Source: Eledone cirrhosa
Lineage: Eukaryota
DNA length: 64,000 nucleotides
Reading direction: 5' to 3'
Assembly (NCBI GenBank): GCA_964016885.1
Contig: OZ024758.1
Coordinates: 22,320,001-22,384,000 of the forward strand
Shown: piece after piece, positions 13,487 through 27,833 of the stretch
Layout of the letters: the number at the start of each line of letters is the position of its first letter
Numbering within the stretch: the stretch's first letter is position 1
The notes under the pieces: model-generated
Databases searched by the model: none
The model's input: only the letters and a program-made list of their open reading frames with translations
What the model was told of the DNA's origin: nothing
Made by a program: the position numbers and the translations under genes

Positions 13487-14099
13487 ACATATATACATAT
13501 ATGCTATATATACATATACATATATGCTATACATATATATATATATATATATGCTATACATATATATATATATATATGCTATATATATATATGCTATATA
13601 TATGCTATACATATATATATATATGCTATATATATATATGCTATACATATATATATATATGCTATATATATATATGCTATACATATATATATATATATAT
13701 ATGCTATATATATATATGCTATACATATATATATATATATATGCTATATATATATATGCTATACATATATATATATATATATGCTATATATATATATGCT
13801 ATACATATATATATATATATATGCTATATATATATATGCTATACATATATATATATATATATGCTATATATATATATGCTATACATATATATATATATAT
13901 ATGCTATATATATATATGCTATACATATATATATATATATATGCTATATATATATATGCTATACATATATATATATATATATGCTATATATATATATGCT
14001 ATACATATATATATATGGTATATATATATATGCTATACATATATATATATATATATGCTATATATATATATGCTATACATATATATATATATATATGCT

Positions 14100-14137
<38 letters not shown>

Positions 14138-14138
14138 T

Positions 14139-14174
<36 letters not shown>

Positions 14175-14206
14175 TATACATATATATATATATATATATA
14201 TATGCT

Positions 14207-14238
<32 letters not shown>

Positions 14239-14241
14239 GCT

Positions 14242-14277
<36 letters not shown>

Positions 14278-14278
14278 T

Positions 14279-14314
<36 letters not shown>

Positions 14315-14340
14315 TATACATATATATATATATATATGCT

Positions 14341-14380
<40 letters not shown>

Positions 14381-14536
14381 TATGCATATATATATATATA
14401 TATATATATATGGTATACATATATATATATATATATATATATGGTATACATATATATATATATATATATATGGTATACATATATATATATATATATATAT
14501 ATGGTATACATATATATATATATATATATATATGGT

Positions 14537-14572
<36 letters not shown>

Positions 14573-14573
14573 T

Positions 14574-14605
<32 letters not shown>

Positions 14606-14639
14606 GGTATACATATATATATATATATATATATATGGT

Positions 14640-14675
<36 letters not shown>

Positions 14676-14865
14676 TATACATATATATATATATATATGG
14701 TATACATATATATATATATATATGGTATACATATATATATATATGGTATACATATATATATGGTATACATATATATATATATATATGGTATACATATATA
14801 TATATATATATGGTATACATATATATATATATATATGGTATACATATATATATATATATATATAT
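13487..14865. repeat. Interrupted (TA)n satellite with GCTATAC/GGTATAC punctuation
   Basis: Directly visible. Confidence 0.95.
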
Positions 14866-14876
14866 TTATTAAAATA

Positions 14877-14981
14877 TAATCTGTTATTTTAATAAATATT
14901 TGCTCTACGGTTCTTATATATTTGATATATATTTTCCTTATCGAGCCCTCTTTGGATTTTAGTCTTCAATTTTATTATTAT

Positions 14982-15021
<40 letters not shown>

Positions 15022-15126
15022 ATAATAATAAATTTGAAGACTAAAATCCAAAGAGGGCTCGATAAGGAAAATATATATCAAATATATAAGAACCGTAGAG
15101 CAAATATTTATTAAAATAACAGATTA
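14877..15126. repeat. 250-bp near-perfect palindrome centred on (TA)n
   Basis: 108-bp arms with one mismatch seen. Confidence 0.95.
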
Positions 15127-15315
15127 AAGTTTAAGCAAAGAATCGCTGCTTTCACCCTTAACCGGATCTTCTGAATGCGACCATTATTTTTGGAGCCCAT
15201 CTGGATAGTGAATTGTTTATATTATTTTAATATCTCCACGTTTTTTTCTTTTTCTTTTTTCTCTCTCTCCGTCTTTTTTCTTTCTCTCCGTCTTTTTCTA
15301 ATTGTTCCTAACATT

Positions 15316-15495
15316 ATCTATCTATCTAAGGCGGGTAAAATTCCCGAGATCCATGGACGAGTTCTCTCCAGCGGTCTCTGTCCCTCATTATCGCTGCCAT
15401 ATCCTGCATCTCCAACAGACCAGTGTCTGTCCTTAGGGCATCAACATATGTTAACCTTGGTCTTCCTCTTCTAGTGTGTCCATGTAATAATAAGA
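15316..15495 (-). mobile_element. RTE LINE 3' fragment
   Basis: HGHTRRGRPRLTYVDALRTDTGL..MRDRDRWRELV. Confidence 0.75.
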
Positions 15496-15601
15496 CTTAT
15501 TAAAATAATATAAACAATTCACTATCCAGATGGCCTCCAAGAATAATGGTCACATTTTAAAAGGGTACGTCAAAGCTTATTTGTAAAACTGTTATATATT
15601 G

Positions 15602-15666
15602 TATTTTGTCTGATGAAGGCATATCATAATTTAATGTGGTATCCCTGAAATATGTATAATGAAATA
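15602..15666 (+). ncRNA. Type I hammerhead ribozyme, family B
   Basis: UAUUUUGU-CUGAUGA-stem II (AGG C AUAUCA..UGGUAU C CCU)-GAAA-UAUGUA-UA-AUGAAAUA. Confidence 0.75.
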
Positions 15667-15796
15667 AATATGGTTTTATAAATATAGTTTCCATTTATTA
15701 ATATCGTATATCTACTCAAAATACTTGTCGAGTGCTTTATATCAGTTATAAAAATATTTACTTGTTGTATCCCAACAATTTAAATAGAACTTTTGC

Positions 15797-15828
<32 letters not shown>

Positions 15829-16177
15829 ACTGTGTGTGCATATATATTCCACACAGACATAGTTGGATTGTGATGACCCATCAATCCTTCCTAGCAGGGA
15901 AAACTGATGTTAAACGATGATGAGAGATAAATAGAGATTGACAGATAACATCACTGACAGAGAACACTGGCCTTTGGCATGAATGAAAACATTTTAAAAT
16001 GATTTTGTGAGATTTAAGAGTTTATATAACAGATGGACAGAAATTACTGATTATAATATAGATTTCTAATGATATACACTACCAGTTGGGGACATAGCGT
16101 GGCTTAGTGGTTAGAGCATTGAGTTCACAATTGTAAGGCTGCGGGTTTGAATCCTGGGCAAGGTGTGTTTGTGGAAT

Positions 16178-16225
<48 letters not shown>

Positions 16226-17733
16226 TCCACAAACACACCTTGCCCAGGCTTGCCCCTCAGAGGGGAACTTTCTAGGAGCATAGTCATTTGTGACTGAAGG
16301 GGGTCTCCTCCAACACTATCAATTGGGTACACAGCACGGTTGAATGGTTAAGAAGTTCACTTTCCAATCAATAGTTCCTGGGTTCAAACCTACTGATTGA
16401 AACCTTGCACAAGTGTCAGTTATCATAGCCTAGGACCGACCCTTGTTTTGGGGGTGAGACTGGGTAGATGGAAACTGTTTAGAATCTTGGTAGATGGACA
16501 TAACTGTCATTTAAAGCCCCAGCCTTGTCACATACTGAATCTCCCTGAAAATTATGTTATGGGTTGATGTATCTGTAGAATGCACAGCCACTTACTCATT
16601 AATTTCATTAGTAGATCATTCCACTCATTCCAGCAGATTGTAACACTTATATTCAAAACTAATGGAGGCTCATTTCATCCCATTCTAACTTTACATTTCA
16701 ATTAATTTTGAAAATAATTAGATAATTGCCAGGATTTAAAAAAATAATTTCTCATTAATAAATTACTGTTTAACAAATGGCTCATACATAAATTATGATG
16801 GAAGGTTTTTACTTGGTGCATAAATCCATAAAATGAGATTCTGTACCATAGAACCAAAGGCAGTCATGTGCTGGTATTCATAGAATTAACTCTTTAGCAT
16901 CTAAACCAGCTGTATCCGGCCAGAATTCTCTCACTTCTTTCTGTTCAAACTGACTGTAACCAGCCACTCATACTAATGTTATGTTCACAAGAAAAAAAAA
17001 AAAAAAAAATTTAAATCTCATAGATTTGATATTATGTGAGATAATTATGTGTGGTAAAGCCTTTACCATGAAAATATAATAGTATATATAGAGTAATGTC
17101 GAATCTATGAAATTTTGATATCATTTATTTCGAGAACAATACCTTAACATTAATATGAGTGGCTGGAAGCGAGATAATTCTGGCTGCATAAGGCCGGTTT
17201 AAATGCTAAAGGGTTAAACCTGGCAGAGCCCATCCTTTTCTAAGACTGGACAGAGAGAGAGAGAGAAAGAGAATTGACCTGAGTATTGAACTGGTAATTT
17301 TTTTTGGACTTCAAAAAGATGAAAGGCTAAGCTGACTTTGGAAAGATTTGAACTCAGAGCTCAGAAAACCAGAATAAATGTTACAAAGCATTCTACCCAA
17401 TGTCCTAACAACTCTGCCAACCCACCACCTTAAAGAAATACTACAAGTGATATATTTAACCAGTTCATTAACAAAATGTTTCAGTACTTTGCTTGTATAC
17501 TAAAATCATGCTAATAAAAGTAATTGTCTATTTTCAATTGTTATTTTCATTTCTTTCAAAAGGCTTATTACAAGTTATAACATTTGGAATATATCTTATA
17601 AAGATAAGATTCCATGCTACAGTAAATCCATTTATATTCCAGAGCTAATGGAATGCTTTTATCAACTAGGATTCTAATATAAAACAAACAATACCCTTAA
17701 CCTGATCATTTAAAGAGGATTAACTGTAGAACT

Positions 17734-18175
17734 TTAACCTTTTAGCATTTACATTACTCTATATAAAGGAACAATCGACTTTCGTCAAATCGGACCGAGG
17801 GAACAATGTTTCCATTAGTCTTTCCAATTGCTAATACTATCTATCGGTCGCAACTCCAGGTAGAAGGAGCAACGTGAAATAAAGTGTCTTGCTCAAGGAC
17901 ATAACGCATCGCCTGGTCCAGGAATCGAACTCACAACCTTATGATTGCGAATCCAATTCTCTAACCACTCAGCCACACGCCTTCACTATTACTCTATATA
18001 TACAATTATATTTTCATGGTAAAGCCATAATATCGAATCTATGAGATTTTGATATTATTTATTTTGAGAACAATTCTTTAATATCAGTATGAGCGGTCAG
18101 TTAAGGCTGGTTTAAACAGAAATGCCTCAGGAGAATTCTGACTGGATATGGCCAGTTTAAAATGCTAGAGGGTTA
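17734..18175. mobile_element. MITE family C with a nested SINE (17766-17987, minus strand)
   Basis: 13-bp TSD attactctatata at 17753-17765 and 17988-18000. Confidence 0.8.
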
Positions 18176-18713
18176 AGCAAATATGCAACTAACATTTCAG
18201 TTATTATATATAACCATAATCACCATTATGTTGGCAAAAATGTATTTCATTTTATCATAGTTAAACAAGTCTATACTAAAGTACATTTGTAAGACCCTAC
18301 ATTTATACATCTCGTCTATAACGGTATCAATTTCTAAGATTAGTATGGCCCCACCCAAGTATTTCTTTACCTATCACTGCCCTTTGTTTGTCTCATTCAA
18401 TTTTTCACCCAACAAAGCAGGCTTGCTATCCATGCAGCTGTCTTTCCTGTACACAATAATACATACAAATATAAGATAATCATTTACTGAAGTCACTAGC
18501 AAGATTCATGTTGCACATCCACTGAATATCATTCTGTCATCACCATCTGCTTTCATTGCCCATGTTTTACTGCAGAGGTTTTCAAACTTTTGGGGCCACC
18601 GCCCCATTCACAGTCACATAATACCCTCAGACCCCCCCACCCCCTATTTCCAGAGAGACCTGCCAACACACAAATTGTAAATAATATATAATAAATAAAA
18701 TCATTAATTTATA

Positions 18714-19075
18714 TGTGGATTGGCAGTATCGGTAGAGGGTCGGACGCCATGCTTTGATGCATAGAGTTACGGCCCTTGCCATTCTGAGTCCAAAACCCAC
18801 CGAGGTTTACTTTGCCTTTCATCCTTACGGGGTCGATAAAATAAAGTACCAGTAATGCACTGGTTAATTGCTGGCCTTGTGCCTAAAGTAGAAATAATTT
18901 ATATATAATAAATAATTGTTTCTACTTTTGGCACAAAGGCCAGCAATTTTCCAAGTGCATTACTGGTACTTTAAGTTAACCTCGGCGGGATTTGGACTCA
19001 GACCGTAAAGGGCCGTAACACTATGCTGCAAAGCATGACGTCTGACACTCCACCAATACTGCCAATCCACCGCCT
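18714..19075. mobile_element. Adjacent tail-to-tail pair of family B SINEs
   Basis: 18714-18899 (+) and about 18912-19075 (-). Confidence 0.8.
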
Positions 19076-20746
19076 TAATGAATAATATAATATATACTAT
19101 GTATAAATAAATATTATCATCATCACTGTTTTACGTCCATTCTTCCATTCTTCCACGCTAGCATGGGTTAGACAGGTTGTCCTGTTGTGGGCGATGCCAG
19201 GTCAGGTGACCATGTCTTGCTCATACAGAATTGATTTTGGCTTGGTTTCTACAGCTATATTTATTATTTTACTATATTTATATAATATCATTTAATATTT
19301 AACATTCTATTGTATCATCTCTATCACTCCCACTGCCCCCTTAGGCCCCAGTGCGCCCCAGGACCTTCTTAACGCCCAGGACCTTCTTAACGCCCCCCCC
19401 CCCCCAGGGGGTGGTATAGTCTCTCATGCAGAGGAAATAATTTGTCAAAAGAAAAGGCATGAGACCCTTCACTTTCTTCCATTCACTTCATATTCTAGAC
19501 CAGCATTTCTCAACCTTTTTACTCCTGTGGAACCCTTGAAATAGTTTTCAAGTCCCAGGGAACCCCTGCATAAAAATTATTATATAACATTATTGTGGCA
19601 TAGAGTTACCTCTCATTACGTTCCGAGTTTAAATCCTGCCAAGGTTAGCTTTGCCTTTCATCCTTACGGGGTCGATAAAATAAAGTACCAGTATCAACTT
19701 TCCCTTCTCCCCCCAAAAAACTGTTGGCCTAAATCAGAAACTATTATTAATTTGGATTGGCAGTATCGGTAGAGGGTCGGACGCCATGCTTTCCAGCATA
19801 GTTACGTCCCTTTATGATCTGAGTTCAAATCCCGCCGAGGTTAACTTTGCCTTTCATCCTTACGGGGTCGATAAAATAAAGTACCAGTGATGAACTGGTA
19901 ATTGCTGGCCTTGTGCCTAAAGTAGAAACAATTATTAATATAGGTTTAAGCTTTTATTCCAATAAAGTATCTGGATAGAATTCTCTCACATCTTTCTATT
20001 CAAATCGGCCGTAACCAGCTGCTCATACTGATGTTAAGGTATAGTTCTCAAAATAAATAATATCAAAATGTCATGGATTCGATATTATGTGAGATAATTG
20101 TGTGAGGTAAAGCCTTCACCATGAAAATATAATAGTAAATATAGAGTAATGTAAATGCTAAAGGGTTAATTTAGAAACACTTATGTCTGTGTATGTACTG
20201 CATAGACCTGTAACCCTTGATGGAATCATAGAGGAACCATAATGACGCAGCATTTCTTGGAGATTTATAACCTGGTAGAGCCCACCTCCTCTCCAAGCTG
20301 ACTTTAATATTCCGCAAACAAACATAGTTTTAATCTTTTTTTTTTTTAAACAACTTTAAAATAGATAGAATTTAAACACTCAATTTATTTTTTAAATCTA
20401 AAATATTTTTATACAAATCACAGTATTTAAGTACTAATTCAATTTAAGTGCTGTGCAAAATACAGAAAGTATTTGTAGGTAAGCGTGAATTATTCATAAT
20501 ACACAAGGGAAAATCCAGTGTGTACAGGACGCTGAATAAAACATTAGCTTATAATTTATTGACATCATATTGTCACACTTGCATATGAGTTGCAAATGTC
20601 ACGAGTTTGAAAGGATATATTCCAAACATGTCACTTTTAACTAATGAGAAAGAAAAAAAATTAAACATAACATTAACTATTGATGGGTCTTCAAAATTAG
20701 GCAAAATGTCAGTTAATTTTAACAATCTAGTTTTGTCTTCTCTTAA

Positions 20747-20804
<58 letters not shown>

Positions 20805-21580
20805 ATATATATATATATCTATATATATACATATATACTAGTTGGCCCCGTGCCATCAAAAATGACGGCTAATTGTAATATCTATACATAATATAAAAAA
20901 AAGAGATGTTGGTTGCTCCATGCTCACTCACACGTGATACAAACACAAAGGCAAAGTTAACCTCGGCGGGATTTGAACTTAGTCCATAAAAGGCCATAAT
21001 TCTTTGCTGCAAAGCATGGCGCCCGAGCCTCTACCAATACTGCCTGAAATAATGGTTTCTTATATAGGCACAAGACCAGCAATTTTGGGGTAGGGGACAG
21101 GCGATTAAATCGACCCCAGTGCGTGACTGGTACTTTATTATATCGACCCCGTAAGGATGAAAGGCAAAGTTAACCTCGACGGGATTTGAACTCAGATCAT
21201 AAAGGGCCGTAACTCTATGCTGCAAAGCATGGCGTCCGACCCTCTACTGATACTGCCAAACAACTGCCTGAAATAATATCAAAATCTCATAGATGCGACA
21301 TTATGTGAGATAAAGCCTTTACTGCAAAAATACAATAGTATATATAGAGTAATGTAAATGCTAAAGCATCTATTATTTGTGCAATGTTAGTATAAAAGTA
21401 TGTGATAATAGGCTTAATGTAATGCCCCAAAGAAATAATTATGAGGAAACACTCATAGAAATTGCTGTGCGTGATGTATTTATTACTGCAGTACAGGATG
21501 GGTGCAAAATAATAAATCTGCCCACTACTTCTATTCAATCCCACACCTTATTGCTAAGATATATATACTTTTATCCCCCT

Positions 21581-21648
<68 letters not shown>

Positions 21649-21820
21649 TATATATATACACACACACACATGTATATATATATATACACACACACATACA
21701 TATATACACACACATTATATATATATATATACACACATACATGTATATATATATATACACACACACACCTAAATATACACACACACACATATATATATAT
21801 ACACACATACATGCACACGT

Positions 21821-21857
<37 letters not shown>

Positions 21858-21984
21858 GTTATATATATATATACACACATACATACACACACATACACAC
21901 AGATATATATATATATATATATACACACACATACATACATACACACATATATACACACAGATATATATACACACACATATATAT

Positions 21985-22015
<31 letters not shown>

Positions 22016-23034
22016 CATATCTACTAAACCCACCTTTACCCTACCATTCAGTATATTTTGCTGAGTTATCAGTTTTCTATTCACCACCAATATCTCTATA
22101 TACAACAACACAATGTTCAACAAGAACAATGTTTGCAGCCATTACGAGGCGCAGCAGATTCTGAAAACACATTAAGTATATGTCGCAATGACAGTTGGAA
22201 CAATGGTTTAACTAAATTCCATATCACACCCTAATAACATTTTAAATAGTCTGTATTTCTAAAGGTAATATAGAAATTAAAATAAAATAAAATAATAATA
22301 AAAAAAAAGAAATGTGTCACAACAAGGGCGGTGGAACGGATTGGGGGGGAGGGCATTATCCCCTCCCCCCCTCAGACCACCGCCTAAAAAAAAAAAAAAA
22401 AATTTCTCTTCCCAAATTACCAGGGGGCAGGGGAGCGCCATGGATCTCCCCACAAAAAAATATATTTTTCTCCCCAAATTACCAGGGGAGCCATGGACCC
22501 ACCCGCCAAAAAAAAAATATTTTTTTTACTCGCCAAACTACCAGGGGACAGTGGGAGCCATGCCCTTCCCCCCCTCCAAATATATATTTTTCTCTCCAAA
22601 TTACCAAGGGAGCCATGGACTCCCCCCCAATATATATATATATATATATATATATACTATAGAGTAAAGCATGTCCAGAGAATTATTTGATAATATATAT
22701 ACATCATCATATATATACATTATTTGATAATATATATACATCATCATATATATACATCATCATATATATACATCAATCAGCATAATTAACCACACAAAAA
22801 AAAATCAATTAGACCAGGCTATAAGAATAAAAGGCTCCTATGAAGAAACAGTAAATAAATACATATATATAAATGGAAGTTCAGCATAACCGAAGCTCTG
22901 GCTGCGGCTAAGCTAACGAATGCAATCGGAATGTACAGCTAAGCACTCAATAGGGTATTTTACCTTAGAGTGATGACATTACGTTTAGACAGCTTATGTA
23001 AATTGAATATTGCGACCGGTAAGCCAGCCGCAGG

Positions 23035-23297
23035 CAGGGCCGGATTTAGATTTGATGAGGCCCTAAGCTATTTGAGATAATGTAGCCCTTTATATGTTAT
23101 AACAAATGTTATAAAAACTGCAAAACGTTCAATATTAAAGCAGAAAACTGTTTAAAACTATTGCATTATTTTAGTTGGTTTTTTTTATCTTATATTTTGG
23201 AAATGTGTACACGTTTTTTTTTCAATTTTTTCGGGGTCCCAAGAAAGTGGGGGCCCTAAGCTATAGTTTGTTTAGCTTATACGTAAATCCCACTCTG
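23035..23297. mobile_element. hAT MITE
   Basis: TIRs CAGGGCCGGATTTA / TAAATCCCACTCTG; TSD gccgcagg/gccgcaga. Confidence 0.75.
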
Positions 23298-23885
23298 GCC
23301 GCAGAGACCAAAGCAACGAGAAAACCGACTCGGGATAATTTGACAAACCTGTATATATATATAGGACGAGACATTGTTGGCTAATAAAGACTTTTGATGT
23401 ATTGAAGACTTCTTTGAAGGTTTATTTTTTATAATTCTTCGGCTCTGTTTAATTACATTGAGCTATATCTTATACTGTCATTTCTATAATATGAAGAGGG
23501 TGTTTAACTCCAACACACTCTAGTATTTTAATTCTTATATATATATATATATTATTTATTTCCCAACAAAATATAGATGATAAACACATATAGATGATAA
23601 ACACAACCACAAGGATATTAAGGTCCGAACGTGGAAGGGCCGAACCCCCACTGTCATCGCTTCCATCTCTCTAGCCTTTACCATCTCTCTGTATGGTGAG
23701 CAATTTATGTACATGTTATGTTTATCGCATATCGAAGCTTTTTTTTTTTTTTTTATATATAAATCTTAGTTGATATTTGATAACAACAACTAAAGTAATC
23801 CTACAATTAAATTGACTAAATGTGGCCCCTTCCCGCCCCTAATTCAGAAATGCTTCCATCGCCCCTGCATGATATTATAACCCTT

Positions 23886-24066
23886 GGATTGGTAGTATCG
23901 GTAGAGGGTCGGACGCCATGCTTTGACGCATTGAGTTACGGCCCTTGCCATTCTGAGTTCAAATCCCGCCGAGGTTAACTTTGCCTTTCATCCTTACGGG
24001 GGTCGATAAAATAAAGTACCAGTAATACACTGGGTAATTGCTGGCCTTGTGCCAAAAGTAGAAACA
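23886..24066 (+). mobile_element. SINE family B with a 17-bp TSD
   Basis: TSD atgatattataaccctt at 23869-23885 and 24067-24083. Confidence 0.9.
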
Positions 24067-24075
24067 ATGATATTA

Positions 24076-25687
24076 TAACCCTTTAGTGTTCAAACCGGCC
24101 AAAACCGGCCAGAGTTCTCTACCTATTTCTGTTGAAACTGGCTGTAACTGGTCGCTCATACTGATGTTAAGGTATTGTTCTCAAAATAAATACTTTCAAA
24201 ATCTCATAGATTCGATATTATGTGAGGTAATTATGTGAGGTAAAGCCTTTACCATGAAAATATAATAGTATATATAGAGTAATGTGAATGTTATGTGAGA
24301 TAATTATGTGAGGTAAAGCCTTTACCATGAAAATACAATAGTATATATAGAGTAATGTGAATGTTATGTGAGATAATTATGTGAGGTAAAGCCTTTACCA
24401 TGAAAATACAATAGTATATATAGAGTAATGTGAATGTTATGTGAGATAATTATGTGAAGTAAAGCCTTTACCATGAAAATACAATAGTATATATAGAGTA
24501 ATGTGAATGTTATGTGAGATAATTATGTGAGGTAAAGCCTTTACCATGAAAATACAATAGTATATATAGAGTAATGTGAATGTTATGTGAGATAATTATG
24601 TGAGGTAAAGCCTTTACCATGAAAATACAATAGTATATATAGAGTAATGTGAATGTTATGTGAGATAATTATGTGAAGTAAAGCCTTTACCATGAAAATA
24701 CAATAGTATATATAGAGTAATGTGAATGTTATGTGAGATAATTATGTGAGGTAAAGCCTTTACCATGAAAATACAATAGTATATATAGAGTAATGTGAAT
24801 GTTATGTGAGATAATTATGTGAGGTAAAGCCTTTACCATGAAAATACAATAGTATATATAGAGTAATGTGAATGTTATGTGAGATAATTATGTGAAGTAA
24901 AGCCTTTACCATGAAAATACAATAGTATATATAGAGTAATGTGAATGTTATGTGAGATAATTATGTGAGGTAAAGCCTTTACCATGAAAATACAATAGTA
25001 TATATAGAGTAATGTGAATGTTATGTGAGATAATTATGTGAGGTAAAGCCTTTACCATGAAAATACAATAGTATATATAGAGTAATGTGAATGTTATGTG
25101 AGATAATTATGTGAAGTAAAGCCTTTACCATGAAAATACAATAGTATATATAGAGTAATGTGAATATTATGTGAGATAATTATGTGAGGTAAAGCCTTTA
25201 CCATGAAAATACAATAGTATATATAGAGTAATGTGAATGTTATGTGAGATAATTATGTGAGGTAAAGCCTTTACCATGAAAATACAATAGTATATATAGA
25301 GTAATGTGAATGTTATGTGAGATAATTATGTGAGGTAAAGCCTTTACCATGAAAATACAATAGTAAATATAGAGTAATGTGAATGTTATGCGAGATAATT
25401 ATGTGAGGTAAAGCCTTTACCATGAAAATACAATAGTAAATATAGAGTAATGTGAATGTTATGTGAGATAATTATGTGAAGTAAAGCCTTTACCATGAAA
25501 ATACAATAGTAAATATAGAGTAATGTGAATGTTATGTGAGATAATTATGTGAGGTAAAGCCTTTACCATGAAAATACAATAGTATATATAGACTAATGTG
25601 AATGTTATGTGAGATATTATGTGAGGTAAAGCCTTTACCATGAAAATACAATAGTATATATAGAGTAATGTGAATGCTAAAGGGATA
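24076..25687. mobile_element. MITE family C expanded by an internal 73-bp x 20 tandem array
   Basis: Both TIRs retained; ccatgaaaa recurs every 73 bp from 24252 to 25638. Confidence 0.9.
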
Positions 25688-25989
25688 AATGTAAATGTTA
25701 TCTAACGTTGAATTGTTGAATTTGCACGAGATGCAAGTTTAACAGTGGCCCCAGACAATAGAAGAAATATAGCTGTGGAACTTTCTTAATATAGATATAG
25801 TTTAATACATTGATAAATATTGTGATGTATTGATATATCGATATATTTGATAGATACAATAGATAAGAATTGATCTGACACATCTTCCCATGCAGAAGCA
25901 TCACCGAGTTTTAAGTTTATACATGACTTTATAGATTATGATAAATACTTGATATAAGGGGCTGGGGTTATTATAATTAATAATCCCAG

Positions 25990-27115
25990 CTAATCCCGCC
26001 GAGGTTAACTTTGCCTTTCATCCTTATAAGGTCGATAGAATAAAGTATCAGTAATGTACTGGGGTCGATTTAATCGACTTTCCCTTTCCCCCCAAAAATT
26101 GTTGGCCTTGTGCCTAAATCAGAAACCATTATTATAATCAATAAAGGGCGGTGGATTGGCAGTGTCGGTAGAGGGTCGGACACCATGCTTTGACGTATAG
26201 AGTTACGGCCCTCGTCATTCTGAGTTCAAATCCCGCCGAGGTTAACTTTGCCTTTCATCCTTACGGGGTCGATAAAATAAAGTACCAGTAATGTACTGGG
26301 TAATTACTGGCCTTGTGCCAAAAGTAGAAACAATTTTTATAATCAATAAAGGATAATACCTTAATATTTATCTATGATACATCGATAGAAATCGAATTGA
26401 AATATCAGTTAAGCTGTGTAAATTGTAATATACTGGATAGCAAAATTGCTTAGCTTTTCATATATAAGCTTCCATTCCGGCTCTTCTTTGAGATGTTCAC
26501 CAAATTTATTTTACACATACACACACGCACACATATACATACACATAGATACATGCACACATAAATACACTCATGCATACATACATATATAAATACATAC
26601 TCATGCATACATTTTTTTTCTATTATTACCAAATATCATCATTAATCTCGTCGAGGTTAACTTGGCCTTTCATCCTGACGGGGTCGATAAAATAAAGTAC
26701 CAGTAATGCACTGAGGTAATTGCTGGCCCCTTGTGCCAAAAGTAGGAACAGTTATTACTTATCTATGAATATAATAACATAATGTTTACAGACTGAAAAT
26801 ATAGACATATACTATATATTATAATACTTAGTGTATATCTCTTACAGAATAAAAATATAAAGACAAATAATTGTTTCTACTTTTGGCACAAGGCCAGTAA
26901 TTATCTCAGTGTATTACTGGTACTTTATTTTATCGACCCCGTAAGGATTGAAAGGCAAAGTTAACCTCGGCGGGATTTATAAAGACAAATAATGCTTTCT
27001 GATTTAGGCACAAGGCCAACAATTTTGGGGGTGGGGCAGTCGATTAAATCGACCTCAGTATATTACTGGTCCTTTATTTTATCGACCCTGTAAGGATGAA
27101 AAGCAGAGCTAACCT
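25990..27115. mobile_element. Cluster of five family B SINE copies or fragments, both orientations
   Basis: 25990-26135+, 26146-26335+, 26645-26755+, 26868-26980-, 26990-27115-. Confidence 0.8.
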
Positions 27116-27487
27116 AAATATATACAATACTTAATGAATGCTTCTTACAGAATGAAAATATAAACACACATAATGAATACAATTAATTATCTGCTAGGAT
27201 GTATTAAGGAAAACCACAATATATTAGAGCAATTGACAAAATGCTGTTTTAAACAACATCAACAAATGGGAAATTTGCTCCTTTCAGGTTTAATATTACA
27301 AAATGTAAAGTGAGAATGAAGATTTAGGGTTTGATTAAAACTAAATCAATCATTGATCCTGTTATTTACTAAAAATGATTGAATATACATTTAGTTATCA
27401 GAAGGTTTTGTTTGAAAATGTATCCAAAACTATAGCTATCTTATTTGAAATGAAAATATGATAAACCGAACTGTAAGGAATGTTGGT

Positions 27488-27583
<96 letters not shown>

Positions 27584-27608
27584 TAAAACAATTAAATTAA
27601 ATAAAATA

Positions 27609-27833
27609 CAGGGTGTCCCCGAAAAATATATACACACTTCAACAACATTCTAATAAAGTTTAATATTATTTATTTATGGAATATATCATGTAAATACAGT
27701 TTAACAGAAAAAGAAAAAAAAGAAAATTTAGATCGAGAAGAAAGAATGGAATGTAAAATAGGAAAATATAAGAAAAAATATATATTGCCTTGTACAGGTG
27801 ATCAGTGTGTATACATTTTTGGGGGACACCCTG
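27609..27833. mobile_element. Tc1/mariner-like MITE
   Basis: TA-CAGGGTGTCCCC...GGGGACACCCTG-TA with ~30-bp TIRs; relatives at 27998-28075 and 63352-63455. Confidence 0.8.

Noticed and set aside
11815-14892. Long Tyr/Ile-rich ORFs (also 21.4-22.2, 30.6-36.3 and 63 kb)
   Set aside because: Translations of TA/CA microsatellites
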